This document shows positions 27,294-36,776 of a DNA stretch of 64,000 nucleotides, piece after piece; the first letter of the stretch is position 1, and every line of letters starts with the position of its first letter. The stretch is taken from the IMG/VR virus record IMGVR_UViG_3300013307_000015. One strand, written 5' to 3'. The notes below the pieces were generated by a model that was not told the origin of the DNA, searched no databases, and worked only from the letters and a program-made list of their open reading frames with translations. Source of the stretch: a virus. Taxonomy: Duplodnaviria; Heunggongvirae; Uroviricota; Caudoviricetes. The position numbers and the translations under genes were made by a program.

Positions 27294-28109
27294 ATGGGTG
27301 CATTACCTGCAAACTATGACATCTTTCAACGTCGAGGAATTCAAAAGGCGTTGAACGAAAAGACGCGAGTGAGTCCGGCACTCGTGATCGACGGTAACTT
27401 CGGAGCGAAGTCGATCACGGCTCTCCAGACATTCCAGAAGCAAAACAATCTGACGCCCGATGGCGTCTACGGTCCGGCGACGGCTGCACTGCTCGATCCG
27501 TTCATCCAGCAGAAGTACGCCTTGATGGCAGACTTCCAGTCGGCTGCTGCGACGCTCGGTGTGTCAGTTGCCTCGGTGCTCGCGGTGTGTGAGACGGAAT
27601 CCAAAGGCTCCGGGTTCTTCGCTGATGGTACGTGCCAGATCCTGTTCGAGCGGCACTACATGTACAACCTGCTCTCGGCAGCCAAGACGCCGGGCGTAGC
27701 CAATGGCTTGGCCAATCGCTTCCCGACCGTCGTCAATCCGACTCCCGGAGGTTATTCGGGTGGTCCGGCTGAATACCAGCGATTGAATCTGGCCATGTCG
27801 ATCGACCAAGCCTGTGCGCTGCAATCGGCCTCGTGGGGTTTGTTCCAGATCATGGGTGCGAACTTCTCGTTCTGCGGCTACAGCAGCATCTTCAATTACG
27901 TGGCCGACATGAAGGTCTCGGAGAAGAAGCACGTAGCAGCCTTCGTGCAGTTCATCAAGTCGTACCGTCAGGGTGCACTCTGGACGGCGATGAAGAAGAA
28001 CGATTTCACGGGTTTCGCAACCATCTACAATGGCCCGAAGAACGTAGGCGATTACGCCCCGAAGATGGCGTCGAACTTCGACCTCTGGAAGAGCACCGCG
28101 CTGGCATAA
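27294..28109 (+). CDS. Modular endolysin: peptidoglycan-binding domain plus N-acetylmuramidase (DUF3380-type)
   Basis: IDGNFGAKS...FQKQNNLTPDGVYGPAT (PG-binding); VCETES, ILFERH, SASWGLFQIMG and FATIYNGP (muramidase). Confidence 0.9.
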   Translation: MGALPANYDIFQRRGIQKALNEKTRVSPALVIDGNFGAKSITALQTFQKQNNLTPDGVYGPATAALLDPFIQQKYALMADFQSAAATLGVSVASVLAVCETESKGSGFFADGTCQILFERHYMYNLLSAAKTPGVANGLANRFPTVVNPTPGGYSGGPAEYQRLNLAMSIDQACALQSASWGLFQIMGANFSFCGYSSIFNYVADMKVSEKKHVAAFVQFIKSYRQGALWTAMKKNDFTGFATIYNGPKNVGDYAPKMASNFDLWKSTALA

Positions 28110-28177
28110 GCGCATATGACCCGCCCAAGACTACCCTGCCGGTTAAGCGTGGTAGTCTTGGACTGGGGCTTTATGCC
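28103..28177. terminator. Bidirectional hairpin closed by GGCATAA / TTTATGCC
   Basis: CCAAGACTACC...GGTAGTCTTGG stem; both flanking genes stop inside the GCATAA arms. Confidence 0.7.
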
Positions 28178-28449
28178 CCATTGGCCATATTGTTTCTTCG
28201 TGCGAGTTGCGCTGCTCTGCGAATGTTGCGTGCCGTGGGTTGCCAAGGCGGCAATACGATCACTTCTGTCGGGAAGAACAACTCGCCGAATACATCCTTC
28301 TGTGCAGCCCGAAGGTTATACGAAATGGTCAGGCGAGTTTTGACGAAGATGCGGTAATGCGGTCCGTGAATCTGACTCATTCTCCACATCTCTCGACGAT
28401 ATCGTTTCTTTTCCTTGATTCGTGTTTTAACTGCTTTGGATAACGCCAT
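28171..28449 (-). CDS. Small basic hypothetical protein
   Basis: 92 aa; overlaps the end of the polymerase gene. Confidence 0.5.
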   Translation of the reverse strand: MALSKAVKTRIKEKKRYRREMWRMSQIHGPHYRIFVKTRLTISYNLRAAQKDVFGELFFPTEVIVLPPWQPTARNIRRAAQLARRNNMANGA

Positions 28450-30157
28450 TCTTCATATCCTCTTCAAATGCAGCTAGTAAAGTATCCAATTCAGGAAGTC
28501 CGAACAAAGTCGTAGCGATTTCAACAGCGTTGGTTTGACCACCGCTTAAGTTAATCCCTGACATCTTGCGCTCATGCAGCGAGATACCATCAATCCCGAT
28601 GAGTTCGCGATGCGTCGTCTCTTTCGAGATGTTCATCACTTCTTCATTGGTCGGGTAAGAGGCCGAGACGTCCAAGTCACCCGTATGTCCACGATAGTTG
28701 GTTCGCAACCACGGAGCATGCTTGATGATTTGCAAGCCGTTGTCGTGCACCAAGTGAGCCGGTAGCGTAATGATCCAGCCTTCCGGATCAACGGTCTTTG
28801 CATCAAGCTCATCGCGCATGTTATCCGAGGTGGTCGCAATCATGAGACCGTTCGGCGTTTCGTCTGTCTTGTAATTCAGACAGTAGTAATGCAAGTCATC
28901 TACCATCCGTCGAGGCTGAGACTTGAAGTTACTGAAGTCTGAGCAACCCGAGAACATTGGCAGCTTCAGTGCCATGTCTTGGATCTTGTCTTCGAGCAGT
29001 TGCATGCCGACTGCGTCAAAGAAGTTGTAGATGATGTAATGCAGCGGGTACTTCGACTGCATTTCTTGGTGCCACTCCAGCGTCCCTTCGGACACTGTGG
29101 TGATCCCTTCGAATGTGAGCTTACCGCGCTTGATTTCCTTATTCAGGATCGCATCCAACGAGTAGCTCTGCTCTTCGGCTTCCTGATTGCGAATGTGCCG
29201 ATAGACACACATTGCGTCGAGTACGTAATACGAAGCAGGCGTATAAAGTGTATGCCAACGCCCAGCAGGCTTAATCGGCATGACCTTACCGGAAGCTGTC
29301 ACCTTCTGCGACGGACCTTGTACGTAATTGCAGAAACGGTACTCTTTTGGAATCGCTGGATCAGAGAAGACATCAGCCGGATCGACGTAGTACTTGCGCA
29401 ACGTGTCGATCATGCGTCGAATGTCGAAGTCCATGTTCCAGATGCTCAGGAAGTCAGGCTTCTGCTGGTGCACCCATTCCATCTGTTTGGTGATCAGCTG
29501 CACGGCATCATCACACCACGTGATCTTCCATTCGATACCGCGCTCTTTGACGATGTCGCCGAGCTTTTCCATCAGCATTTCGCGCAGTCGTTCTTCAGCC
29601 CGTGCTTGACCTGCGACGAAGTCTTTCAGAATCGTCGTGTGAACGATTTTGTCGTACGAACAGACGATCATGATCGGATCATCCGTGCCGTGCACCACGT
29701 CCGTTTCAATGTCCAGCGGAGCGGACTTGTACGACGTGTTCAAATCAGGAAACTTGTCCTGGTACTCACGCTTGAGTACAGCAGTCGACAGAATGTCTGC
29801 GCCATACAGGTACGGACTGTTGGCGAGTTTGCGCAGATTACCCCGGAACCACGGCTCACCCAGTTTGATCGAGGCGTCTCGAATGAGATCGCACTGGCGA
29901 ACTTTGTGGATGTTCAGCTTTTCGAGGTTCTCCCATTCCTTTTTTTGTTTGTGTTTGCGCTCGTGCAGTTTTGTTACACCGTACGGACGCTTGTAGTTCT
30001 TCCACACCCGCAGGTTCGGGATCTGTTGTCCATCCCGTGTATGGATGATTTCTTTAACGACGTGCATGTCCGGCATGTCGTGCTCAGGTGGTTTGCAGTA
30101 CACCACGTGACGACATTCGTAACCGAGAATGTTCTCAGACGGAATTTTGGTAGTCAT
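28427..30157 (-). CDS. Split family-B DNA polymerase, 3'-5' exonuclease plus motif A subunit (phiKZ gp82-like)
   Basis: ExoI LDIETD, ExoII IWNMDFDI, ExoIII YNFFD and PolB motif A DLDVSASYP; start moved to ATG 30157 behind AAGGA. Confidence 0.85.
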   Translation of the reverse strand: MTTKIPSENILGYECRHVVYCKPPEHDMPDMHVVKEIIHTRDGQQIPNLRVWKNYKRPYGVTKLHERKHKQKKEWENLEKLNIHKVRQCDLIRDASIKLGEPWFRGNLRKLANSPYLYGADILSTAVLKREYQDKFPDLNTSYKSAPLDIETDVVHGTDDPIMIVCSYDKIVHTTILKDFVAGQARAEERLREMLMEKLGDIVKERGIEWKITWCDDAVQLITKQMEWVHQQKPDFLSIWNMDFDIRRMIDTLRKYYVDPADVFSDPAIPKEYRFCNYVQGPSQKVTASGKVMPIKPAGRWHTLYTPASYYVLDAMCVYRHIRNQEAEEQSYSLDAILNKEIKRGKLTFEGITTVSEGTLEWHQEMQSKYPLHYIIYNFFDAVGMQLLEDKIQDMALKLPMFSGCSDFSNFKSQPRRMVDDLHYYCLNYKTDETPNGLMIATTSDNMRDELDAKTVDPEGWIITLPAHLVHDNGLQIIKHAPWLRTNYRGHTGDLDVSASYPTNEEVMNISKETTHRELIGIDGISLHERKMSGINLSGGQTNAVEIATTLFGLPELDTLLAAFEEDMKNGVIQSS

Positions 30158-30280
30158 GTCCTTGGCAGCTGTCGAGAATTGCAATATGAGTATGAGGTTT
30201 CGCTCACCTAAACCATTAACCGGTATGCTTTTTTCTGATGGCAAGTCAGACCGGGTTATTTTTTCTATAAGAGGCTTTCC

Positions 30281-31597
30281 ATGACGCGTCATTCCTTGGG
30301 TCGACTGGACGGACTCCATCTCAGCATGGAGGCCATTCAATTCCAAAAGAGTCAGGCGTTTTACAAAGAACTGACGATGGCTTTTGCCGAGCTGAAGAAA
30401 AAGAAGGCAGCCGACCTCCGAAAAGACGGGGAAGCCAGCGGCCACATTTCCAAGCTCATCAAGAAGTACACGAACCTGAAGGTCGCCTTCGACATCACCG
30501 ACTACGGTCCGGCAGTCGAAGTGCCGCATCTGAACAAGAACCACCCGCTCGTGCATGACACCAAGCGCGCCTGGATCAGCTCGGCCGACGGCATGCGTTT
30601 CATCGCTGAAGCCGGTGGCACGGTCAAGGGCTCGGTGAATCTTACTTCGGGTAAGGTCGACGGTGTGTTCGCTGAGATGGACAACCGGATGTATTTCCCG
30701 GCTGACATGATTTCAGGCAACAAATTCACGGCCGAAGAACTGGCTGCTGTGTGCCTGCACGAAGTCGGTCACCTCATCACCTACTGCGAGTACATGACGC
30801 GTACGGTCACGACCAACCAAGTGCTCGCTGGTATGGCCGCAGCATTGGGTAAAGCCGGTACGCCGGAAGAACGCGAAGCCGTGCTCGTGTCGGCCAAGAA
30901 GGCGCTGCATCTGGACATCGACACGGGCGAACTCGCCAAGGAGAAGGACAACGAGGTCGTGGCCTACGTCGTCATCTCCAACGTCGCTAAGACGACCGCA
31001 GACGAGATCGGGTTCAACATCTACGATCTGAATACGTGGGAAGCACTGTCCGACCAGTATGCAGCCCGTCAAGGCGCAGGCAAGGATCTCGTGCTGGCGC
31101 TCGAAAAGCTGTATCGTTCGTACGGCAACATCAGCTTCCGCTCCACACCGGCTTATCTGGGCATGGAAGCTGCCAAGTTCACGCTGGTGATCGGCGGCAT
31201 CATGGTCGGCCTGGCGGGTGGTCTGACCGGGCTGGCGGGTCGTTACGCCATGTCGATCGGCATTGCGCTCATCATGATGGACGGCATGGGTGACGGCACC
31301 TACGATCGTCCGGGCATGCGTCTGCTGCGCATTCGCAACCAGATCATCGAAGAGATGAAGGACAAGAAGGTCAATGGCGATTACGCCGGCCGTCTGTCCG
31401 ACGACCTCGCTGCGATCGACAACGTGCTCAAGGAAGTCAACGACCGGGAGCAGTTCTGGGGCAAGCTGTGGAACATCTTCTCCAAGGACTCCCGTCGTCG
31501 GCTGTCGCAGGAACAACTGACGCGAGAACTCGAAACGCTCGCCTCGAATGACCTTTTCGCAGCCAGCCTGCGTCTGCGTCAACAGGCCGCTGCTTAA
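30281..31597 (+). CDS. Virion head protein with M48-like zinc metallopeptidase motifs (gp83 position)
   Basis: EELAAVCLHEVGH and EALSDQYAARQG...ALEKL; SME prohead-protease-like site near the N-terminus; hydrophobic hairpin. Confidence 0.7.
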   Translation: MTRHSLGRLDGLHLSMEAIQFQKSQAFYKELTMAFAELKKKKAADLRKDGEASGHISKLIKKYTNLKVAFDITDYGPAVEVPHLNKNHPLVHDTKRAWISSADGMRFIAEAGGTVKGSVNLTSGKVDGVFAEMDNRMYFPADMISGNKFTAEELAAVCLHEVGHLITYCEYMTRTVTTNQVLAGMAAALGKAGTPEEREAVLVSAKKALHLDIDTGELAKEKDNEVVAYVVISNVAKTTADEIGFNIYDLNTWEALSDQYAARQGAGKDLVLALEKLYRSYGNISFRSTPAYLGMEAAKFTLVIGGIMVGLAGGLTGLAGRYAMSIGIALIMMDGMGDGTYDRPGMRLLRIRNQIIEEMKDKKVNGDYAGRLSDDLAAIDNVLKEVNDREQFWGKLWNIFSKDSRRRLSQEQLTRELETLASNDLFAASLRLRQQAAA

Positions 31598-31621
31598 AAC
31601 CTTCAACCGATAAGAGTCATC

Positions 31622-32080
31622 ATGAAAATCGCATTCTCCCGTCTGCAAGACCTCGTCTCCCGCGTCGTACCCGATCCGACGCTGCGCCTGCAAGTGCTGA
31701 CCACGTCGATGGCGCTGGCCTTCTCGCGCACCGCTTCGTTGCCGTCGGCTCCGGTACCTTCGCCTGCGGCGTATTACAACACGCAGGTGCTCACCGGCAT
31801 GGACGAAGCCATGTCGAAGATGAACGAACAGATCATCATCGATCTGAAGAGCGCACGCAACGAAGCCCGTCAGTTCTGGCTGCTGCGCTACGCCTCGGCC
31901 CATCCGGGTAACCTGCCGGTGACGTCCGCCATCGGCTTCATCGACACGATCTGTGGCGCAGGGTTGTACATGGATCAAAATCTGATCTGCTACTGCAACG
32001 ACCACAAGGACGTGATCCTGCAACTGACGATCGCCATCGAAGCGCTCATCAACGCGGAATCCAACCAGAAGGTGGCCTAA
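31622..32080 (+). CDS. Putative virion structural protein
   Basis: 152 aa within the head-protein operon. Confidence 0.6.
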   Translation: MKIAFSRLQDLVSRVVPDPTLRLQVLTTSMALAFSRTASLPSAPVPSPAAYYNTQVLTGMDEAMSKMNEQIIIDLKSARNEARQFWLLRYASAHPGNLPVTSAIGFIDTICGAGLYMDQNLICYCNDHKDVILQLTIAIEALINAESNQKVA

Positions 32081-33747
32081 TGTTTGCCGTCAACTTGAAC
32101 GAGGGCAATGAGTTCGGGGATCCGGACATTGTCCTTCTGGAAACAGTTGGCGCAGCACAGGCTCCGGACTGGCACGCCGACGAAGAGATGGTTGCCGCCA
32201 TCGAACAGCAGTTCATCAGCATCCAGTACCTCTACGAGGACATGGTCAAAGAAGGCGGCATGAACAAGCAGTTTGCGATGGAAGCCCATCGCTTGCTGCC
32301 GGAGATGGCGCAGAAGTATCCGCTTGGCTATTTCACGAGCCAGACGACTGCAACGCTTTACCAGCCGGCGCTCGAAGAGTTGCACGCTGGGATCTGGGCA
32401 CTGATCGGTGCCGCAGGCTTGGCCATTGCTGCGATGATCTGGAAGTTTGTGCGCTGGATCATCAAGAAGTGGAACGGCGAATCGGGCAGCAACATCTCGA
32501 TCGGTTCCGACGAAGGCAAGCCTTCCGATGCAGAAATCAACAAGGGCATCGAAGAAGCTACCAAGGCAGCCGAGCAGAAGGTCCAGAAGCAGGAGCAGGT
32601 CGGTCAAGAATTGAAGGTGGCGGAAGCTGCTAACAAGGAAGCCGTCAAGAAGGTCGAGGAAGCCGGCGTCATCAAGCACGTGGCGGAAGTCGCGGCTCAA
32701 GAGAACAAGGGCGATAACGCACACGTCCAGTCGTTCGAAGACGCAGCATTCATGTTGACCGACCGTCACATGGGCGGCAAGTACGACCATCTGGTCAACC
32801 AGACCGACAACGCCTGGTACGACATCCTTCACGAAGGACGTTGGACCAAGTTGATGCTCTCGATCGGTCCGGTACTCTCGGCCACCGAGGCACAACTGAT
32901 GCAGCGGGTGCAGACGTTTGAGTCGATTTTCAGCGTCACGCAAACGCAGGGTGATCCGGTGCGTCACAAAAACGCCATGGACCTCATTGAACAGGCCAAG
33001 AAGCCGCTGTCGATGGCTGGGACGAACTACCACAGCCTCGAACAGCTCGCACGCTCCTTGGACCGTCCTGAGGGCTTGATGGCGTTCAACGCTGGCAAGG
33101 AGCGACTCAAGCCGGTGGTCGCCAGCGAGTCGATCGAACGCCTCATCAACTCGTCCTCGTACAAGTCGCTGCTCCAGTCGCGGGTGAAGTTCATCCAGAA
33201 GCTGACGATGTTCAACAAGGCGCAGATCAAGCTGTCGGAGATCTCGAACAAGTGGAACGCGCAGCATCCGGGTCAAGGTGTAGGTGTGGGGGTGCCGAAA
33301 GACATTTCGCAAGCCATGGCTCCGGTACTCTCGCAGTTGAAGCGTGACCTGCTCTTCATGATGCAGATCAACACGGCGATCGAGCACTTCCTCGACAAGG
33401 TCGACAGCCTGAACATGTCGCTCACCGAATGGTGGTCGAACGTCTGGACGGCGATCGAGCATTACGCTGCGAAGAACCACGAGCAGGGTAAGACCGAAGC
33501 CAAGATGGAAATGCCGGTGGAGGTACAGAAGGCTCGCGGTATTGTCACGCTCTTGCGGCGTGCAATGGGTAAGGTGCCGGCGTCTGATCTGGGTGGTGGT
33601 CTTGCCAAGAGCGCCAAAGACCTGATGGCCAAAGCAGTCCAAGCAGGTGCTGCTAAGTCAGCGGGTCAAGTGGAGCATCCGAAGAACGCTGTCGCGCCTG
33701 GGATGGGTAATCGTCAGATCCCGACCAAGGATTGGCAGAAGCAGTAA
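32080..33747 (+). CDS. Putative internal head/ejection protein with a transmembrane segment
   Basis: 555 aa; AME and ALE sites followed by GIWALIGAAGLAIAAMIWKFVRW. Confidence 0.65.
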   Translation: MFAVNLNEGNEFGDPDIVLLETVGAAQAPDWHADEEMVAAIEQQFISIQYLYEDMVKEGGMNKQFAMEAHRLLPEMAQKYPLGYFTSQTTATLYQPALEELHAGIWALIGAAGLAIAAMIWKFVRWIIKKWNGESGSNISIGSDEGKPSDAEINKGIEEATKAAEQKVQKQEQVGQELKVAEAANKEAVKKVEEAGVIKHVAEVAAQENKGDNAHVQSFEDAAFMLTDRHMGGKYDHLVNQTDNAWYDILHEGRWTKLMLSIGPVLSATEAQLMQRVQTFESIFSVTQTQGDPVRHKNAMDLIEQAKKPLSMAGTNYHSLEQLARSLDRPEGLMAFNAGKERLKPVVASESIERLINSSSYKSLLQSRVKFIQKLTMFNKAQIKLSEISNKWNAQHPGQGVGVGVPKDISQAMAPVLSQLKRDLLFMMQINTAIEHFLDKVDSLNMSLTEWWSNVWTAIEHYAAKNHEQGKTEAKMEMPVEVQKARGIVTLLRRAMGKVPASDLGGGLAKSAKDLMAKAVQAGAAKSAGQVEHPKNAVAPGMGNRQIPTKDWQKQ

Positions 33748-33753
33748 AGTGCG

Positions 33754-33794
33754 GGCATATTCGGGGAGGCTTTTGGCCTCCCCTTTATGCCGTC
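33754..33794. terminator. Bidirectional hairpin with GGCATA / TTTATGCCGTC arms
   Basis: GGGGAGGC-TTTTG-GCCTCCCC-TTTATGCCGTC between convergent genes. Confidence 0.8.
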
Positions 33795-33795
33795 G

Positions 33796-36765
33796 TTACG
33801 TTCCAGCAGGTGCGTTGGTCAGTGCGGACTGATCATGCTGCACGAAGACCACCGTCAAGTCTTCCGTCAAGACAAGTGAATCATCCGTGAGCGCAATCAA
33901 CTTCTTGCGCAGCGAAGCGCGGATCGAATCGTCCAGAATCGTGAACACCGGCCAATTGCGATCCGTACCACCCAAGCCCGTCAGTTCCAGACCAACCACG
34001 TCCGTACCGAAGGCCGTTGCCAGCGCGTCTTCGATCATGTCGCGAGAGACCTGTTGCTGCGTGAGTTGCATGGCGCAGATTTGCGTCGCTGTCAGTTCCA
34101 GACGAGTGCGCAGGTCTTGGTTCTTGTAGACCGACGAATCCACGTACAGCGTCAGCGTAAGCGACTGCCCCGCTTCCATCGTGGTTTTCAGCGATGCACC
34201 GATCATCACGTCGACCTGACCAATCGTCTTCTTCGGGTAGAAGTAGAGACTGGATTGCTCCAACAGACGCTGGTTCAGATTCTCCAGCGAACCCGTCATC
34301 CACGTGAGCAGCGTGCCGATCATCTGTTGGCGGTACGAAGCCGCCACGTTGTCGGTTGCAAACTTGTAGACGCCTTCGATCAACATGAAGTCGATCTGAC
34401 GCGTCATACCGCGCGGGTTGGACGGAATCGGTGCACCGGTAGCCGGATCGATCTTGATCTGACCTTTGGTGTACAGCAGCACCGGGTTGTTGTTGCTGTC
34501 CAGTACCGGATCGCCCTTGTGATGCAGGATCGTGTAGGTCGGCTGACCGTTGACAATCGTAATCACCGAACCCGTTTGCGGGTCACGCTGATAGACGTCG
34601 TTCGGATAGGTGGCCGGCACATCCATATCCCACGTCTCGTAGACAATCGTCGAGATGACCGAACGCGCCCGTGCCCAGAGCGTATCCAGCGCAGTACCGA
34701 ACTGAACGCGCAGTGCTTCGTGCGTAATGCCAACTGTCGAGATCGGAACGTAGACTCCCTTGGCATAGCCGAGTGCTGCGTCGACCTCAGCTGACACCCA
34801 CTGCGAATCCATCACTGCGGTGGTGGCGAAGATCACATCGAAGTCTTGCGTGAGCGGCGAACCAACCAGACGCGGTTCCGTGGTGAACATCCGGAACTTC
34901 GACAGTTGGATGCAGTTGTTCGCATCGACATTCATGTTCGAGGACAAATCGAACTGATAGATGCGTTCCTTGCCAGTCGAATCACGTCCAGCCAACGTTC
35001 CGACCAGATAGGCGCGATCCTTCTCACCTTCCGGTACAAACGAGAGCAACACGTAGATCTGATCGTCCGGCAGCTGCTGAAACGACGGACCCGAGGAAGT
35101 CTGGATCTGGATCGCGTAGCCAGTAGCGGTGCGCACGATACCGTAGCTGGGAGCCACGTTGACCTGCAACAGGGTCGTATCGTTGTCCGAAACAAACAGC
35201 TTGGTCTGAATGACAGGATCATCCAGATAGTACGGACGCACCTCGAAGTTGTCCCCCGTCGAATCGAGCACGTAGTGAAACGGCGTGTAAAGGTAGTTGC
35301 CATTCGAGACGAGCAACGCCTTTTGATCTGGCGGCAATGCTTCGAGCATCGCAATCTCGCCATCCGGCACCAGCGAGACCACTCCGTTGACATCCTTCCA
35401 CAACGCATCAGGCGTGAGCGTCATGGCGTTCTGCGCAGCGGTGTTATCCACCACGTACGAGAAGCCCGTCAGTTGATCCAGCGAGAACGACACCGTTGCA
35501 TTGGTCGTGCCTGCTGCGGTGAGCAACGTGCTGTTGACCGGCAACGGCAACGCTCGCGAGGCGAGGAAGTTGCGGTTGGTGATGTTGTCGATGTTCGTGA
35601 TCACCGTGAAGCCGAGCTTTTGCAGTGCGTCTTGCAGGTTCACATTGCTGATCGGCACGGTTTGCGGTCCAACCGAGTTGTTGATCACCTGCTGGCGCAG
35701 ATCATCGAACGTCACACCGTTGGTGCCAGCTGCGATCGTGCTCGTCGAATACGCAAAGAGCGAGGAGAGCGACGACAGCGGTGCGGTGTACTGCGTGATG
35801 TCGTTTTGATCGAAGGCTTGGAACTTCACCTGGAACAAGCCCATGGAGTAGTTGTCCAGCACCAGATTGATCGCACCCTTGGTCGTGTAGATGTCCATCC
35901 GCACGGCGGTCTTGATGGTGCCACTTGCCGTATAGATCTGCGGCAGCGACACCGTCACGAGATTGTTATCCTCGTCGACCTTCAGCACCGCTGTGGGGAC
36001 GGTGATGTCGTAGACCTGGTCGCTGTGCGTGGTCTTGATTTCCGTCCACGTCTTATCCGGATTTTGCACCCACACCCGAGCGTAGTAGAACTGATCGCTA
36101 TAGGCGTACTGGTACGAGAAAAGCGTGGCCGCGTTCGCGTTCTGCGTCACACTCGCTGCATCCATCTGGATGACTTGGAATGCAAAGCGCAAGTACGTGA
36201 GGTTGCCATCCGATACCAGATCCCACTTCAGCACGTTATCGGACAACGTCTGAAGCGGTGACGTCTGCGTGGTGTCGTACACGATCTGAATGCCGCCATG
36301 CAACAGCTGCCGGATTTCGATCGGGTACTGGATCATGAAGACCGTATCAGCCACCGTGATCTTGGTGTTACGCGGAATTACCACCTTCTTGATGCCGGTC
36401 ACCGGATCAGCCACGAGCTTGCTGAGCAGCTCCGCGTACGGCAGCATCATGTAAAAACTATCGGTCGCCGGTGTAGCAAAGCGACCAATGTAATCCACGT
36501 CCGACATGTGCAGGTACAGGTCTTCCTGATCCTGCGCAGCAACCGGGTACTGCTTGCGGTTCAAAACCGCGTACTTCGACATGGCGTTCATGGAGAGCAC
36601 ACATGCCGATTCCAGTGAGAGTACCACCGGATTGCTCGGGTCGACGATCTGGATTTTTCCACTGCTAACGTCCGACCACGATTGCAGGACCGCACGCTGC
36701 GCCGCAGCTGGGTTATAACCCAGCATCGAGAGCTGCGCTGCAAGGTCACGAACAGAGGCTGCCAT
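33796..36765 (-). CDS. Virion structural protein, probable baseplate wedge (gp87 position; gp6/J-like)
   Basis: 989 aa, beta-rich; GTNGVTFDDLRQQVINN resembles the baseplate-J motif; start moved to 36765 behind GAGAGG. Confidence 0.65.
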   Translation of the reverse strand: MAASVRDLAAQLSMLGYNPAAAQRAVLQSWSDVSSGKIQIVDPSNPVVLSLESACVLSMNAMSKYAVLNRKQYPVAAQDQEDLYLHMSDVDYIGRFATPATDSFYMMLPYAELLSKLVADPVTGIKKVVIPRNTKITVADTVFMIQYPIEIRQLLHGGIQIVYDTTQTSPLQTLSDNVLKWDLVSDGNLTYLRFAFQVIQMDAASVTQNANAATLFSYQYAYSDQFYYARVWVQNPDKTWTEIKTTHSDQVYDITVPTAVLKVDEDNNLVTVSLPQIYTASGTIKTAVRMDIYTTKGAINLVLDNYSMGLFQVKFQAFDQNDITQYTAPLSSLSSLFAYSTSTIAAGTNGVTFDDLRQQVINNSVGPQTVPISNVNLQDALQKLGFTVITNIDNITNRNFLASRALPLPVNSTLLTAAGTTNATVSFSLDQLTGFSYVVDNTAAQNAMTLTPDALWKDVNGVVSLVPDGEIAMLEALPPDQKALLVSNGNYLYTPFHYVLDSTGDNFEVRPYYLDDPVIQTKLFVSDNDTTLLQVNVAPSYGIVRTATGYAIQIQTSSGPSFQQLPDDQIYVLLSFVPEGEKDRAYLVGTLAGRDSTGKERIYQFDLSSNMNVDANNCIQLSKFRMFTTEPRLVGSPLTQDFDVIFATTAVMDSQWVSAEVDAALGYAKGVYVPISTVGITHEALRVQFGTALDTLWARARSVISTIVYETWDMDVPATYPNDVYQRDPQTGSVITIVNGQPTYTILHHKGDPVLDSNNNPVLLYTKGQIKIDPATGAPIPSNPRGMTRQIDFMLIEGVYKFATDNVAASYRQQMIGTLLTWMTGSLENLNQRLLEQSSLYFYPKKTIGQVDVMIGASLKTTMEAGQSLTLTLYVDSSVYKNQDLRTRLELTATQICAMQLTQQQVSRDMIEDALATAFGTDVVGLELTGLGGTDRNWPVFTILDDSIRASLRKKLIALTDDSLVLTEDLTVVFVQHDQSALTNAPAGT

Positions 36766-36776
36766 CTTGATTCCTC

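Noticed and set aside
1056-30157. Inteins or group I introns in the RNAP, helicase or polymerase genes
   Set aside because: ORFs are continuous and of expected size; no C...HN/C intein ends or LAGLIDADG/HNH/GIY-YIG ORFs were noticed.
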